The translations under genes were made by a program, and so were the position numbers. This document shows, piece by piece, positions 49,936-62,860 of a stretch of 64,000 nt of DNA (position 1 is its first letter; every line of letters starts with the position of its first letter). The DNA is from Isurus oxyrinchus (taxonomy: Eukaryota), in the NCBI GenBank assembly GCA_026770705.1, contig JANJGN010000005.1, forward strand, positions 124,310,001-124,374,000, given 5' to 3'. The notes below the pieces were generated by a model. It ran no database searches. It was given only the letters and a program-made list of their open reading frames with translations, and was not told the origin of the DNA.

Positions 49936-50229
49936 AAACATCTGTAATGTTCACTGATTGTATTGAAGCACCTCATCATCTATGTGGAAAACTTGAATAT
50001 GATTGCACTTTTTGCGGTGGCCATTTTGAAATGTTTTGTAATGTTCTTTCAGCTATTTTATGAATAAAGTATATTTTTCCCAAAAAAAGTCAGCAGCACC
50101 TAGCACCTAACATCTCAGGAGAAATATAAAAGTTAATTAGTTGGTGAGAAATTGCTGTTAGGGAGTGTCACCAAGTAGCTGAAAATTAGAAAAAACACCC
50201 TTTTTAAAAGAGGCTACTTACATTTACGT

Positions 50230-52295
50230 AAGAAACAAGCAACAGGGAAATAAAGTTGTCGAGGCCAGGTAAAACAAAGGAAAGCAAAGTAAAATAAAGT
50301 TAATGTAAGGGAAGTAAAGTGAAGCCATGACAGGACAGCTCGGTCGTGTGCAATGTATGTCTTCTAATACGTGGGAAGCTGTGGATGCTACCAGTGTCCT
50401 AGATGACCACATGTGCAGGAAGTGTCACCAGCTGCAGAAACTAGAGCTCTGGGTTTCCAAGCTCAAGGGGCGGCTGGAGCTTCTATGGCGCATCCGCGAG
50501 GCTGAAAGCTACATGGCTAGCACGTTCAAAGAGGTGATCACACCGCAGCTTTGGAGTCCGGAGGCAGAAAGCGAATGGGTGACCACCAGGCAGTCCAAGA
50601 AAATTAAGCAGGTAGTGCAGGAGTCGCCTGAGGTTCGGTTCACCAATCAGATTTTCATTTTGGATACCGGTGAGGACGTTGGTTCCTCAGAGGAGTGAAT
50701 GTCATGAAGAGGTATTAATGCCTATAAAAATTTATTTTTAAATTGGATTTAAAATTGGACTTGTAGTAGGGTCTGTGTCAATGTGTTTATCTACGTGTGT
50801 GGCTTAATTGGATTAAAGCCAACTAGTCTGGGTGCTTTGATATATTAATTAAATAAATGTAAGAAGAAGGTGGTAAAGTGCAATTTGCATTTGTTGAATA
50901 AACCTTTCAAAAGAATGAGTAAAATCTTGCACCTAGGTGGGAGAGCCAAGCAATGTGTTTATATTACTAATAAAATTGGTGGAATAAAAGAATTATTATT
51001 AGGAGAGATAAAATTAAAAAATCTAGTAATACAATGGAAAATTTTCATTTAAAGGGGAAGCAAGGTGTAAACAGAAAGGATAAAAGCAGAAAGGAGTTTG
51101 CGTGTGTCAGAGGCATTTAAGACCTAACCAGTCTGTACGCCTACAACTGTCTGCAAAGGAACCAAATTGAAAGAAACCTCATTTTGAATTTGCACAGTCA
51201 AATGTGCTTTCCCTGGTGTCTGTTTAAAGTCTATGAGTTATAGTTGCTTGGTGAAGATTTACCAGGGAATGATTAATTTGGGGATTTGTTTAAAAGTTAT
51301 TCTGGTAATAATTTGCAGACATATGTCTGTGTTTAATTTGTTCTTAAATTAATAATTGTTTAATTTAGCTTTATATAAAAAACCTCTTGAAGCGTGCTGG
51401 TTTTATTCCTGAATTCAGAGCTGATCTAAAACATACCAATTGAAAATATAGGCTTTGACAGTTGTTCAAGTTTCCCTCTGGGATTTAAACAACTCAGCCT
51501 TTACCAACTGCTGTGTCATGACTATGCAGTCAGAGCCAAGTTTATGGCACCACAGGCGGCTCTGCTGTACAGGAGGGGAGAAGGAAGAGGGAAAAGAGCA
51601 GTAGTGTTAGGGGATTTGTTAGTTAGGAAAACAGACAGGCATTTCTGTGGCCATATACATGACTCCAAGATGGTATGCTGGCTCCCTGGTGCCACGGTCA
51701 AGGATCTCACGGAATGGCTGCATGTCATTTCTCTGGGGGAGGGTGATCCGCCAGAGGTCATAGTCCACATTGGTGCCAATGACCTAGGTGAAAAGGGGAT
51801 GAGATGCTGAAAGCAGACTTTATGGAGCTAGAAAGGAGATTGAAAAGCAGGATTTCTAAATTAGTAATCTCAGAATTACTCCCAGTTCCACGTGCAAGCT
51901 AGAAAAGAAATAGGAGAATTAAGCGAACAAACACATGGCTGGAAAGCTGGTATAGGGGGGAGGGCATCAGGTTTCTGAAGCATTGGGGCCAGTTCTGGGG
52001 AAGGTGGGACCTGTACAAGCCAGACAGTCTACATCTGAACAGGATTGGAACAAGTATCCTCACAGGGAGATTTGCTAGTGCTATTGGGGCGGTTTTAAAC
52101 TAGATTAGCAGGGGGATTGGAACCTTAGGGCAAATTTAGAGCAGGGAACAGGAGATTAAGAATTAGTGAGTGATTCTGAAAGACAGGACAAGCAATTAAA
52201 AGTGTACAACACAGGAATTTGGCAGTGTTAAAGGGTATATATGTAAATACAAGGAGCATAGTAAATGAAGCCGATGAGCTGAGGGCACAAGTAGG
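50230..52295 (+). mobile_element. CR1 LINE 5' portion: ORF1 (Zn-finger/coiled coil plus SGNH esterase) and start of the ORF2 endonuclease, split by a solo LTR
   Basis: MTGQLGRVQCMSS…HMCRKCHQLQKLEL; AVVLGDLLVRK…CWLPGATVKD…VHIGANDLG; DSLHLN; then LKGIYVNTRSIVNEADEL. Confidence 0.88.
50700..51523 (+). mobile_element. Solo LTR related to the Gmr1-like LTRs
   Basis: Terminal inverted ends TGTCATGA…TCATGAC(T). The 3' portion tttgacagttgttcaagtttccctctgggattt resembles 32978-33011. It interrupts CR1 ORF1, which resumes afterwards. Confidence 0.8.
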
Positions 52296-52730
52296 GAAGA
52301 AGTAGAGAGCCCTAATACTGTCCTGGTGGAGGATGGAGGTGTGTGAGATTAGATATCCATGGCAGAGAGGAGACAATTAGGACCAGGAAATTGAAAACTG
52401 CTCAAGTGGCAGAGTGTATCGGAAGATGTTGGTGGAAAGAGACTGGAAAAGGGGAGAAAAAATAGAGTTGAGATAGGAAGAAATACATTCAGTGGGGCAA
52501 GAACAGGTTGAAATGATTGATTTACTAGGCAGTCTTATGTGTGCGATTGGGAAGAACAGAGAACGAAGGGCTGTTTGGGGTTTGGGCACTAAGAAGTTGG
52601 AAGCCATGGCGGGAAGGCTTCCAGAGGAAATAAGGTCAATGGCAGTTTTAGAAGCAATGGCTTGATGTTTGGTGGTGGGGTCAAAGTCAGGGGGTGATAG
52701 GGAAAAGTGTTGCAGAGTTGTGTTCTGCAT
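52296..52730 (-). mobile_element. Penelope-like reverse transcriptase fragment
   Basis: DPTTKHQAIASKTAIDLISSGSLP…IISTCSCPTECISSYLNSIFSPLFQSL, typical of the PLE RT N-terminal region (…PKIHK…RPIVS…). Confidence 0.75.
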
Positions 52731-53314
52731 CTGCTGAGCAAAACCCTTGGCAAGCTTTGATGACAATGTTACTTTTTTAAATTCTCCAACTATGAAAACA
52801 GAATGCCAGTGGGTAATCTGTAGATCTTTGCATTTTGTTTTAACATGCCTCCCAACCAAAAAGTTGCAGAGTTAAGTTGCAAGATTGCAATCAACTGAAT
52901 ACACTTCCTTTACTTGGCAAATAGTAAACACAAGAATTAGTAATCAAGATGTCCTCCATTCCCAAGTAAGGTGAATGAAAAATTTCCAAGATAAGTCTTT
53001 ACTTGCTAAACAAGTTAATTTTAAACTGCTGCAGATTAGTCATTCACTGAAAAATGGACTGAAAGGTAAGAAGGAGTGAGCTCTTTCAGGTGTCCTCAAA
53101 AATGTATGTGTCAACTGAACATTTTTCACCACCAGCATTAAGTTACACTTCTTAAGCTTTTGTGAATAAAATGATCCTGAGAACATGTTAGCATTTATTT
53201 TATCTTTACCAAAATTGATTTGAAATGATTTATTTTACTGGCAAAAACAGTGAAAATATTTAATGTTAACCAATAAACCATTGATCTTATAATTAGAATC
53301 ACTAAGCCACTTAC

Positions 53315-53496
53315 TCTCCATCTACTGCTGGCCTTCTGCACACACAATGAAACTTTCCACCGAAGTCAATATAAAGATCATCACCCACTATATGGAAGAT
53401 TTTACCGATGACTATTTTATCTTTGGAAGGGCCCATCTGTGTCAGAGGAGAGTGTCTCAATAATGATGCAAATGACTCCGCCTTCTGGGAAGTCAC
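53315..53496 (-). CDS. MRPS28: Internal coding exon (exon 2 equivalent) of mitochondrial ribosomal protein S28 (bS1m)
   Basis: Translates [60 protein letters not shown](E), matching the recalled vertebrate MRPS28 S1-like segment [17 protein letters not shown]...[17 protein letters not shown]. Acceptor ttttttag|GTG (AG at 53498-53497) and donor GA|gtaagt (GT at 53314-53313); 182 bp, phase 0 in and phase 2 out. Confidence 0.96.
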
Positions 53497-53631
53497 CTAA
53501 AAAAATACAAATATTTTTTTAAATTATTATATTGGAGGCTTGTTATTAATACAATTCCAATTTAATCCACTCTTTCAGGTCATATTTTACAATACTTTGT
53601 CTATGTAACTAACTTCAGCAAAAAGAAAATT

Positions 53632-54366
53632 GGCCCTGATTTTGCAGTAGGAATCATGATCACAAAACTGTCAGCTAATGCTTTCATTACTTCTCTGAAG
53701 CTGACAGAAGCTTCTAGAATCTGCTCAGGCCCAGTCAAATGCGGAAATCTAAGAGTTGCTTTCAGTGATTCCTGTCCTTCTCCAGAGATTACGCTCGTGA
53801 AATCCCCCAGGTGCTGCAATCAAAAAGAAACCGCTGAACTGATAAGAACCTGCTCTCTTATGTTAATAAACTCGCAGTAAAAACCCTTTAAAAAGTTGCA
53901 CCCCAGTGAATGAGGTTTAGGTGTGTTTTTAACGACATACTTGGTTCATAATTACTGCTAAACAGCCTCACTGCTCCTGAAAAATTAATTTATATTTGTG
54001 GAATTTAAAATGTCTCCATCATGGAAAACGATTATATTTTTTTAAAGTTTTATACTTTCAGCTTCTACTTTTTGTCCCAAACACTATATCTTGCTATCTG
54101 GTAAATTTTGATTAAAGAGAGTCATTAGATTTTACCTCCTGCTTTGCTGTCTATGAAAATATTTCAATGTGATTGGCTGCTTATCCTACTTGGCAACATC
54201 ATTGTTGCTGGGTGCCTGGAGATTCCTGTGGCTTGGCATTGGATTCAAACTGATGTCAGGAAAGGAAAAATCCATGCCACAGAGATAATATAGACCTCTG
54301 TGGACAGCTTTCTTTGAGGCCAGCAGCGAGTGCCATCACTTCACCATTGACGGCAAACCCCAGGCC
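53632..54366. mobile_element. Probable MITE
   Basis: Imperfect TIRs GGCCCTGATTTTGC / GCAAACCCCAGGCC (10/14), similar to the other MITE ends. Confidence 0.45.
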
Positions 54367-55389
54367 AAAGGTGTAACTAAAGATCTAAATAAAGTGTATA
54401 ATTCCTGCTACCACCGATAAAGCAGTCAGAGCAGTAGACTTCAAATCTTTTGAGTGAGTATTCCATTCCATCTGCAGAGAGAAGGCACCAACCAAACAGG
54501 CCAAATGACGTCCTGCTATGCTACAACCATTCTATGTTTCTATTAGCAGACTCCAAGGGACCCTTTCTATTTTAACTTCCAAAAATAATGTTAGCAAGAC
54601 AATTTACTGGAATACAGCAAGAAAAACAATGTGCTCCTAGGTCTGCAATTACAGAAAATTAAGAAGTTTGGGGACAGACTGGCTAAAATCTAGCAGCCTT
54701 GGAGAATCTTTGAATTGTCTCATGGTCTCCTTAGGAACCGAGATGACCTGTGTATGATCTAGAGAAATAAAGACTTCTGCAAATCTTCACATAATAATCA
54801 TTCCAATTAAGTGCATTTTATTTTGTATGTAAAAAATCTTTGTTCAAGCCAAAGTCAGTCCTAGAAAAGCAGTAAGTAAACATTTGTTTGTCTCAAGCAC
54901 TTCTATAAATACCTATGGAAATCTTCATTGAAAATAAACAAAATCTTGGCAAATTTCTGGCTTTAACATTCAACTCTGGTGATAATCATTTAATAGCTGT
55001 AATTTACTACACATGGCAAATGCCACTGTACATTTTTTTTGTACATTACTACAATTGTGCTGCATTATTAGTCTGATTTCTAAATCGGCAGAGTGAGAAG
55101 CCAGCAATGCTGAAGTTATACTGAAAGCAGAGCATGATTGTGAACTGCACACTACCCACCAGGAGTAAGCTCTATGAATTCGTGCTTACATATATGTATT
55201 GAGCTTTACACCAAAGTTTTTAAAATTAGGAAAGCATCAGCAAGAGTTTCCACTTTCTCATAACATTAAAAACATTGCAGTGAGTTTACAAGGTTCTCAA
55301 GTCCAACAAATTACCCAAGCATTTTTTTTTAAATTCTGACTTTAGAGAATATTGGAGTTATACTGCAAAGACAGACAAGTTCAAGAAAG

Positions 55390-55805
55390 AGCAACTTATA
55401 TTTATGTAGCACCTTTATTGTAATAAAATGTTCCAAGCTGCTTCACATAAAACAAAATTTGATACCGAGCCAGATAAGGAGATATTAGGTCAGATGACCA
55501 AAAACTTGATCAAAGAGGTAAGTTTAAGGAGTGTCTTAAAAGAGGAAAGCAAGGTAGAGGCACAGAGAGGTGTAGAGAGAGTAATTCAGAGCCGAGGTTT
55601 AGGCAACTGATAGAGCAATTAAACGTGGGAATGCTCAAGAGGCCAGAATTAGAGGAGAGCAGATATCGTGAAGGGTGGTAGGGTGGAGGAATTAGAGAGA
55701 GGGAGTGGTGAGGCCATGGAGGGATTTGAAAACAAGGAGGAGAAGCAACAAGATGTTGCTTGACTGGGAACCAATGTAGGTCAGCAAGCACAGGGGTAAT
55801 CAGGG
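55390..55805 (-). mobile_element. L2-type LINE 3' end
   Basis: ITPVLADLHWFPVKQH; tail gcaacttatatttatgtagcacc. Confidence 0.85.
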
Positions 55806-57799
55806 ATATGCATAAATTTGCAATACAGCATAACACTACAGAAAATGACAGGAACTTTAGATATTTCAGATATGTTGTTATTTTACAACAGCTTCTGTTA
55901 GCTAAGTGAGAAATACTAATTTATCTATTCACAATCGTTTTTATTTTTAATATTTTTATTTTTAAAAAATAAATTTGACTTGCTGCCTGAAACATATGGT
56001 CTATCAGAGCATTATTTGCTTGTCAGCCATCAAGGTCCAGATTTTTTGTTACTGGTGTCCATGTTGGCATATTGTTCACCTGGAGTGTGCTAGGTCCATG
56101 ACCACTACTAGGTAATATTTCAGTTCATAGAAAGCATGGATATATTTTTGGAAGAAGTCCTTCCTACTATGCAAATAAAATCTTGAAAATTTCAAAATCC
56201 TTAAATTAATACATCCACATTAAAAGCTTTGTTCTGGCTTGAATTCTTATGGCACTATATATTTAGCTACAAGAAAACCTCGTCAACAATCATTCATGGG
56301 TAACAAGGCCCTCATCAAGTTGATATGGTACTTTAACAGAAGGCAGTTTATCCAGAATGTTATACTGATATGAAGTTGTCTTACACTTCACAAAAAGGAG
56401 GATTAGTCGATTATAATTGAAAATGTTTAATGACATTTATTCTCTTATGATCCATGACAAAAACAATGATCCATGCTGTAGTATAGCTAGAATTAGAGTT
56501 ACTTGCCCAATATGCTTACAGCATCATCCAATGGTAACAGTACGACCAATGCACACTTTTAGCAAGTACTGGGATCACTAGAACAACAGACAGACAGAAC
56601 TATTTAACCTAAAAAGCATGAATGGTTAAAGGGTAGGAGACAGTTTTAATATTAAGAGTCAAAAACATTTCACACGACACTTTTTGAGATAACTTGCCTT
56701 ATTTATCAAACCTGATGTCTTTAAGTATCCAAATATTCCAAGTCCTAAGATAAACAGCACTGACATCAATTTAATAGTAGAGTATGGAATATGCACCAAA
56801 CAAGAGCCACACACCTACTTCAATCCATGTGCCTTATGAAATCTATTGCTACACAAAAGAACTTCTCTCTGGCAATGCAAATTAGAGATCTAATTGCATT
56901 TAATACTCTTATTATGTTTTCCTGTTTACTAAAAGGTTATATTTGTGAGAAGTTTCTGTCTAATTTGACAGGATAGCTTCTCAAGTTTTTCTTTTATTCT
57001 CATGCTGACTGCTTGAATCACTCATTAGAGCTAAAAGGGGATAAAGTTTCAATATTTGGCAAGAAATGGAGAGAAAAAAAATCTTGCTCTTTCCGTAACT
57101 GTTCGGGCATCATCTGTCCTCAACGAGTATACGAAGTAAGAATTTATTGTGCAAATTTCTCAAATACATAACGGTAACATTAAATAGGATTTTCATTCCT
57201 ATTGGTACTCCATGAAATATTTCTGCATTTCGATGTGCTGAAACACTGTAAACCGATGGTAATATTTCAGTGATAATTACCAAACAATTTCCTTGTATAA
57301 AATCATAAGTTGTCTGTTTTGAATTTCTGATTTATTATTTGTTGTTTCATTGAAAAGTAGAGTATGAGAAATAACTTAAAGATTGGGATCACAGAAAATT
57401 CAATGGGATCTCAATTTGAAACCAAATCAAATCAATGGGAGAAATGGCTCGTGTCTCTCAACTTGGGTTTCAAGGCAAAGTGTCTGCAGTCTCAACACAG
57501 TTCCTGATCCACATCACAAACTATCAGAATTCTGCACACAATGGAATAAGTTGGCTATCTCACTTACAAAAGATACCGAAGGAGCAATAACCCCATTTGG
57601 AGAATGACTTTCATTCAATAGCTTGTTCTGCTAATATTTCTATGCTCCCAATTTTCAGCTGGTCAATACTGTGGTAATATATTGGAATGTTGATAATGCT
57701 AATTGTACAAAGCATTCCCTTCACCAGCACTGGCATCCCTCATACTAATGAGCATTAATAACAGCAACAGTATATAAAAACAAATTTAAAAAGGAAAAA

Positions 57800-58215
57800 A
57801 AGGTTTGCATTTATAATGCCATTCACATACTAAGGATGTCCCAAAGCAGTTTATAGCCAATCAAGTACATTTTTTAAATCACTACTGTCATGTAGGAAAT
57901 GCCAATTCATGCACAGCAAAATTCCCCAAAAAGCAATGTGATGACAACCAGATAAACTGCTTTCATGATGTTTGTTAATAAATATCAACTGAGACATCAG
58001 GTAGAGCTCCCATGACCTGTTTGGAATAGTACAATGAGATTTTTTACATCCACCTGAGAGAGAAGACATTTCGCCCAAAAGATGGCACCTCCTACAGTGC
58101 AGCACACCCTCAATATTTCACTGGAGTATCAGCCTAAATCACGACTTAAGTCTCTTGAGTGGAACAAATCCACAACCTTCTGACTCAGGTAAGAGTGCTA
58201 CCACTGAGTCATGAC
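57800..58215 (-). mobile_element. DeuSINE copy
   Basis: ttttacatccacctgagag…aaagatggcacctcctacagtgcagcac…ttctgactcaggtaagagtgctaccactgagtca. Confidence 0.8.
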
Positions 58216-58494
58216 CAACACCATACTTAAATTTAACTTATTGTAACTGTCTACACTACAAGTTTCATAAAATACTACAGATAACTAACTAAAACAAAAA
58301 AAATTATGCCACAAGTATAACTCTGGTACGTAAACAACTATAAATTTAGAAATCTAAACTTTGGCCAACATTCAAATCCAAAGGGTTATATAGAACAAAT
58401 TGCATTAGTTTTCACTTGGAATGGTACAAGAAGCACTGAGCAAACAAAATACAGGTACTGGACCCCTTATCCAGTGTCCCGAAATGCAGAAGGG

Positions 58495-60625
58495 CCCAAT
58501 AACCAGCTACATTCGAAGCTGGCGCTTGGTAGTAATTTGAACTCACCAAGGAAATAGGAAGGAATTTTGAAGGAAATAGGGAGAGTACAGGGCCAACATA
58601 TTCCAGTAAAGATAAAGGGTGGGACCAACAAATCCAGGGATTGGATAAAGAGAAAAAGGGAGGCTAATGGCAGATGCCGAGGGCTCAAAACAGTGGAAAC
58701 CCTGGAGGAGTATAGAATGTGTAGGGGGGGAACTTAAAAAGGAAATTAGGAGAGCAAAAAAGGTGCATTAAAAAACATTGGCAGGTAAAATAAAGGAAAA
58801 TCCAAAGTTATTTTACAAGTACATTAAAAGTAAGAGGATAACCAGGGAAAGAGAAGGGCCCATTAAGGACCATAGTGGTAATTTGTGTGTGGAGCCAGAA
58901 GACGTAGGTAGGGTTCTAAATGAATACTTTGTGTCGGTGTTCACAAGTGAGAGGGGCAATGTGGATATGGAAATCAGGCAGAAGGGCTGTGATATAAGTA
59001 AAGAAATTAGCATAGAAAGGGAGAAGGTTCTAAGTGGTCTGGCAAGCTTAAAAGTAGATAAATCTCCAGGCCCACATGAAATGTATCCCAGACTGTTTAG
59101 TGAGGCAAGGGAGGAGATAGCAGGGGAGCTGGCAATAATTTTCAATACCTCTCTGGCCACCGGAGAGGTGCCAGAGGACTGGAGGACAGCCAATGTGGTA
59201 GTGCTATTCAAGAAGGGAGGAAGGGATAAACCAGGGAACTACAGGCCAGTCAGTCTAAACTCAGTGGTGGGGAAACGATTGGAAGCAATTCTGAGGGACA
59301 GAATCAATCTATGCTTGGAGAGGCAGGGATTAATCAAGGACAGTCAGCATGGCTTTTGTTAAGGGGAGGTCCTGTCTGACCAATTTGATTGAATTTTTCG
59401 AAGAGGTGACCAGGTGTGCAGATGAGGGCAATGCATTTGACATAGTCTACCTGGGACTTCAGCAAGGCTTTTGATAAGGTCCCGCATGGGAGGCTGATAA
59501 TGAAGTTAAGAGCCCATGGGATCCAAGGCTATTTGGCAAATTGGATCCAGAATTAGCTGAGTGGCAGGAAGCAGAGGGTGATGGTCGAGTGGGGTTTTTG
59601 TGACTGGATGCCTGTGTCCAGTGGAGTTCCACAGGGATCGTTATTGGGTCCCTCACTGTTTGTGGTATTCATAAAAGATTTGGACTTGAACGTAGGAGGA
59701 TTGATCAGTAAGTTCTCGAATGACATGAAAATTGGTGGGGTGGTAAATAGTGAGGAGGATTGCCTTAAATTACAGGAGGATATAGACTGGCTGGTCAGAT
59801 GGGCTGATCAGTGGCAAATGGAATTTAATCCGGATAAGTGTGAGGTGATGCATTTGGGCAGGACAAACAAGGCATAGGAATACACGATGAATGGTAGGAC
59901 CCTGGGAAGTGCCGAGGATCAGAGGACCTTGGTGTACATGTTCACCGGTCCCTTAAGGTAGCAGGACAGGTAGACAGGGTGGTTAAGAAGGCATATGGGA
60001 TACTTGCTTTTATTAGCCAAGGCACAGAATATAAGAGCAGGGAGATTATGCTGGAACGGTATAAAACACTGGCTAGGCCACTGTCAGAGTATTGCATGCA
60101 GTTCTGGAATCCACATTATAGGAAGGATGTGTTTGCACTAGAGGGAGTGCCGAGGAGAGTTACCAGGATGTCACCTGGGCTGGAGAGTTTTAGTTATGAG
60201 GAGAGATTGGATGGATTGGGGTTATTTCCTTGGAACAGAGGAGATTGAAGTGGGACATGATTGGAGTGTATAAAATTATGAGTGGCATAGATAGGGGAGA
60301 CAGGAAGGAACTTTTCCCCTTGGTGGAGGGATCAACAACCAGGGGGCATTGATTTAAGATAAGGGGCAAGGTTTAGAGGGAATGTGAGGAAGAATTTTTT
60401 CACCCAGAGTGTGGTGGGAATCTGGAACTCACTGCCTGAAAGGGTGGTAGAGGCAGAAGCCCTCATAACAGTTAAGAAGTATTTGGATGTGCACTTGTGA
60501 TGCCATGGCATTCAAGGCTATGGGCCTAGTGCTGGAAAATGGGATTAGAATAGTTAGGTACTTGTTTGACTGGTGCAAACCTGATGGGCCAAAGGGCCTT
60601 TTTCTGTGCTGTAGACTCTAAGGCT
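58495..60625 (+). mobile_element. CR1 LINE (family A) ORF2 RT to 3' end, disrupted
   Basis: KSPGPHEMYPRL, PEDWRTANVVVLFKKGGRDKPGNYRPVSL, SGVPQGSLLGPSLF, KFSNDMK, WQMEFNPDKC; tail gggccaaagggcctttttctgtgctgta. Confidence 0.95.
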
Positions 60626-60629
60626 CTAT

Positions 60630-60953
60630 AAGGTTCTCCTTAGCAGCACCTTCCTAACCCACTACTGCTACCATCTAGAAGGGCAAGGGCAGCAGACACA
60701 TGGGAACACCACCACCTTGAAGTTCCCCTCCAAGCCACTCACCAAACTGACTTGGAACTATATCGCTGTTTCTTCATTGTTGCTGGGTCAAAATCCTGGA
60801 ACCCCCTCCCTAACAGCACTGTAGGTGTACCTACACCACATGGACTGCTGCAGTTCAGGAAGGCAGCTCACCACCACCTTCTCAAGGGCAATTAGGGATG
60901 AGCAATAAATACTGGCCTAGCCAGCGATGCCCACATCCTGTAAATGAATAAAA
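60630..60953 (+). mobile_element. CR1-group LINE family B 3' end
   Basis: Close copy of 26050-26370. Confidence 0.88.
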
Positions 60954-62199
60954 GGGAAATCCCATTTATTCTTTAATCCTCATACTTTACTTTATGCATT
61001 GTAAGCACATGCTAGCACTTAGACCAAATCCGCAAAATTCCCAAATCTGACACACGTTTGGTCCCGAGCTTCCTGATTATGGGATTCAGTACCTGTAGAA
61101 TACAATGGGGTAGATTTTTGACTTCACCACATAGGCTGTAATCTGGCAGGACAAACCATCCAGCCTTTCTAAAACTCACATGGTTGGTATTCCAACAATT
61201 GTAATGACATGAGAATCGGAAAACTTCTATAAAGAGCAGGTGATGTGCTCTGACAGATTTCCACCCATTTGGTGAAAACAAAAATCTATTCCAATGTCAT
61301 TCTAGTAAGGAGCATGGGAGGCAGCCTTCTTGTACCCAAGCTCACACTACTCTTGTTTGGTTAAAGAAAGGAGCTCCCTTGAGAGGTCAACCAGAATGGG
61401 GATGGGGGGCAGAAACTGAATTTAAAAAACACTATCAAAACGTATGACTTGGATTCAAGGTACATTTGTTAATCCTAAAACAGCAGCCTCAAGAATTAGA
61501 ACAGTTTGTGCCTAATGTTCTGTCCAGTTTTGCAATAACTACATAAGCTAACAAAATGTATTGATATGAATTATTGTATAGCAATTTAAAAACAAATGGG
61601 AAGCATTTCTCCCACATAAAACAGTAAAATATTTTATGAGACATCCTATGTTTCTCTAATTTTACTTTAGAATACACATCAAGAGCGCAATAAAGAAAAG
61701 TTGCTCTGAAGTGCTATGCCACAGACAAGTAGCATGCGTGTCTGTGGCAATGATTCCCCACACTGATCTCCCAATTTTGATTGTGTCGCCAGTGAAAAAC
61801 ATCAGAGACCAAGAAATTTTTTGGTTTTGGGGAATGGGAAATATAATGTAGTAAAGCCTCTAGTAAAACCGCACACAAAGGGATATTGTAGAAAGGCTTT
61901 ATATTTTCATCTCTCTGTTGCTAAAATGTACTTTTGTCTGCATTAGATTATTGTTTTGACTCCTTTACTATTAACAGTGCCAGAGGAGTTAACAACCTTG
62001 ATTCATGAACAAAATGGCCAGCCTTTTCAAAAAGGCCACTGCTAGTTTCTCAGTACAGCTAGGAATGAACAATAAATGAGACATTGTCAATGTTTCCCAT
62101 ATTACAAGAAAAATATTTTAAAAACACATTTGACAAGATTGGGTGATTGGGTGTCAAAAGGAAACTGCATATGTAGTAGTCATCTGTGACTGGTTCCAG

Positions 62200-62860
62200 T
62201 TGAAAGGAAATAGATTTTAACATGCTAACATTGGGTTGACTGTAGAGATATCCAAATGCATCCGTTTATTGGTATCCTTGATGATCACATGTAGGCTATA
62301 CAATTGTCAATAATCTGGACTCCATGATGGAGGGAAGGTCACAATGAATCAGCTAAATATGGTTGGACTGAGAATATTTCAATGCAGAATTCCTACATTG
62401 TAGTCCAGGCACTACAAGACTGACTTTCAACAAACAGCAACTAACTTCTTTTGCTTCAGCTACGGTTCGAGCCATTGGAAGATCTTGCTCTTGGCCCTCA
62501 TTGACTTCAGTTTTGCTAGGGTCCTTGGTGTCATATTTGGTTGAATGGTATCTTAATATTCTCCTTTCTGGCACTCAGCTCTTCTATCCACATCCGGATT
62601 AAGGCAGTGACAAGGCCTGGGGCCAAGCAGGTCTAGAGGAACCCAAGCAGATTATAGGTGTTATTTGGTGGCACTGTTGATAACTCCTCCCAACATTTTC
62701 CTGATGAGTAGAAACAGACTAGTGATTGACTAGTTAGATTTATCCTGCTTTTTGTAAAGAGGGCATATCTGAGCAATTTTGCACATCACCAATGTCATGG
62801 TTGCACTGCAATAGTTTGACTCAAGAGGCAAATAGTTCTATTGTGCAGGTCCATAGTATT
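62200..62860 (-). mobile_element. Old LINE fragment
   Basis: Weak similarity to family-B-type ORF2 (…ggagttatcaacagtgcc…, tgtgcaaaattgctcagatatgccc…aaaagcaggataaatctaac). Confidence 0.4.

Noticed and set aside
53311-53496. Stand-alone 61-aa ORF starting at GTG
   Set aside because: The GTG follows a splice acceptor and the stop lies in the donor GTAA. It is an internal exon, not a small gene.
55624-55631. Third CGTGGGAA RBPJ motif
   Set aside because: Isolated and inside an L2 fragment; consistent with chance.
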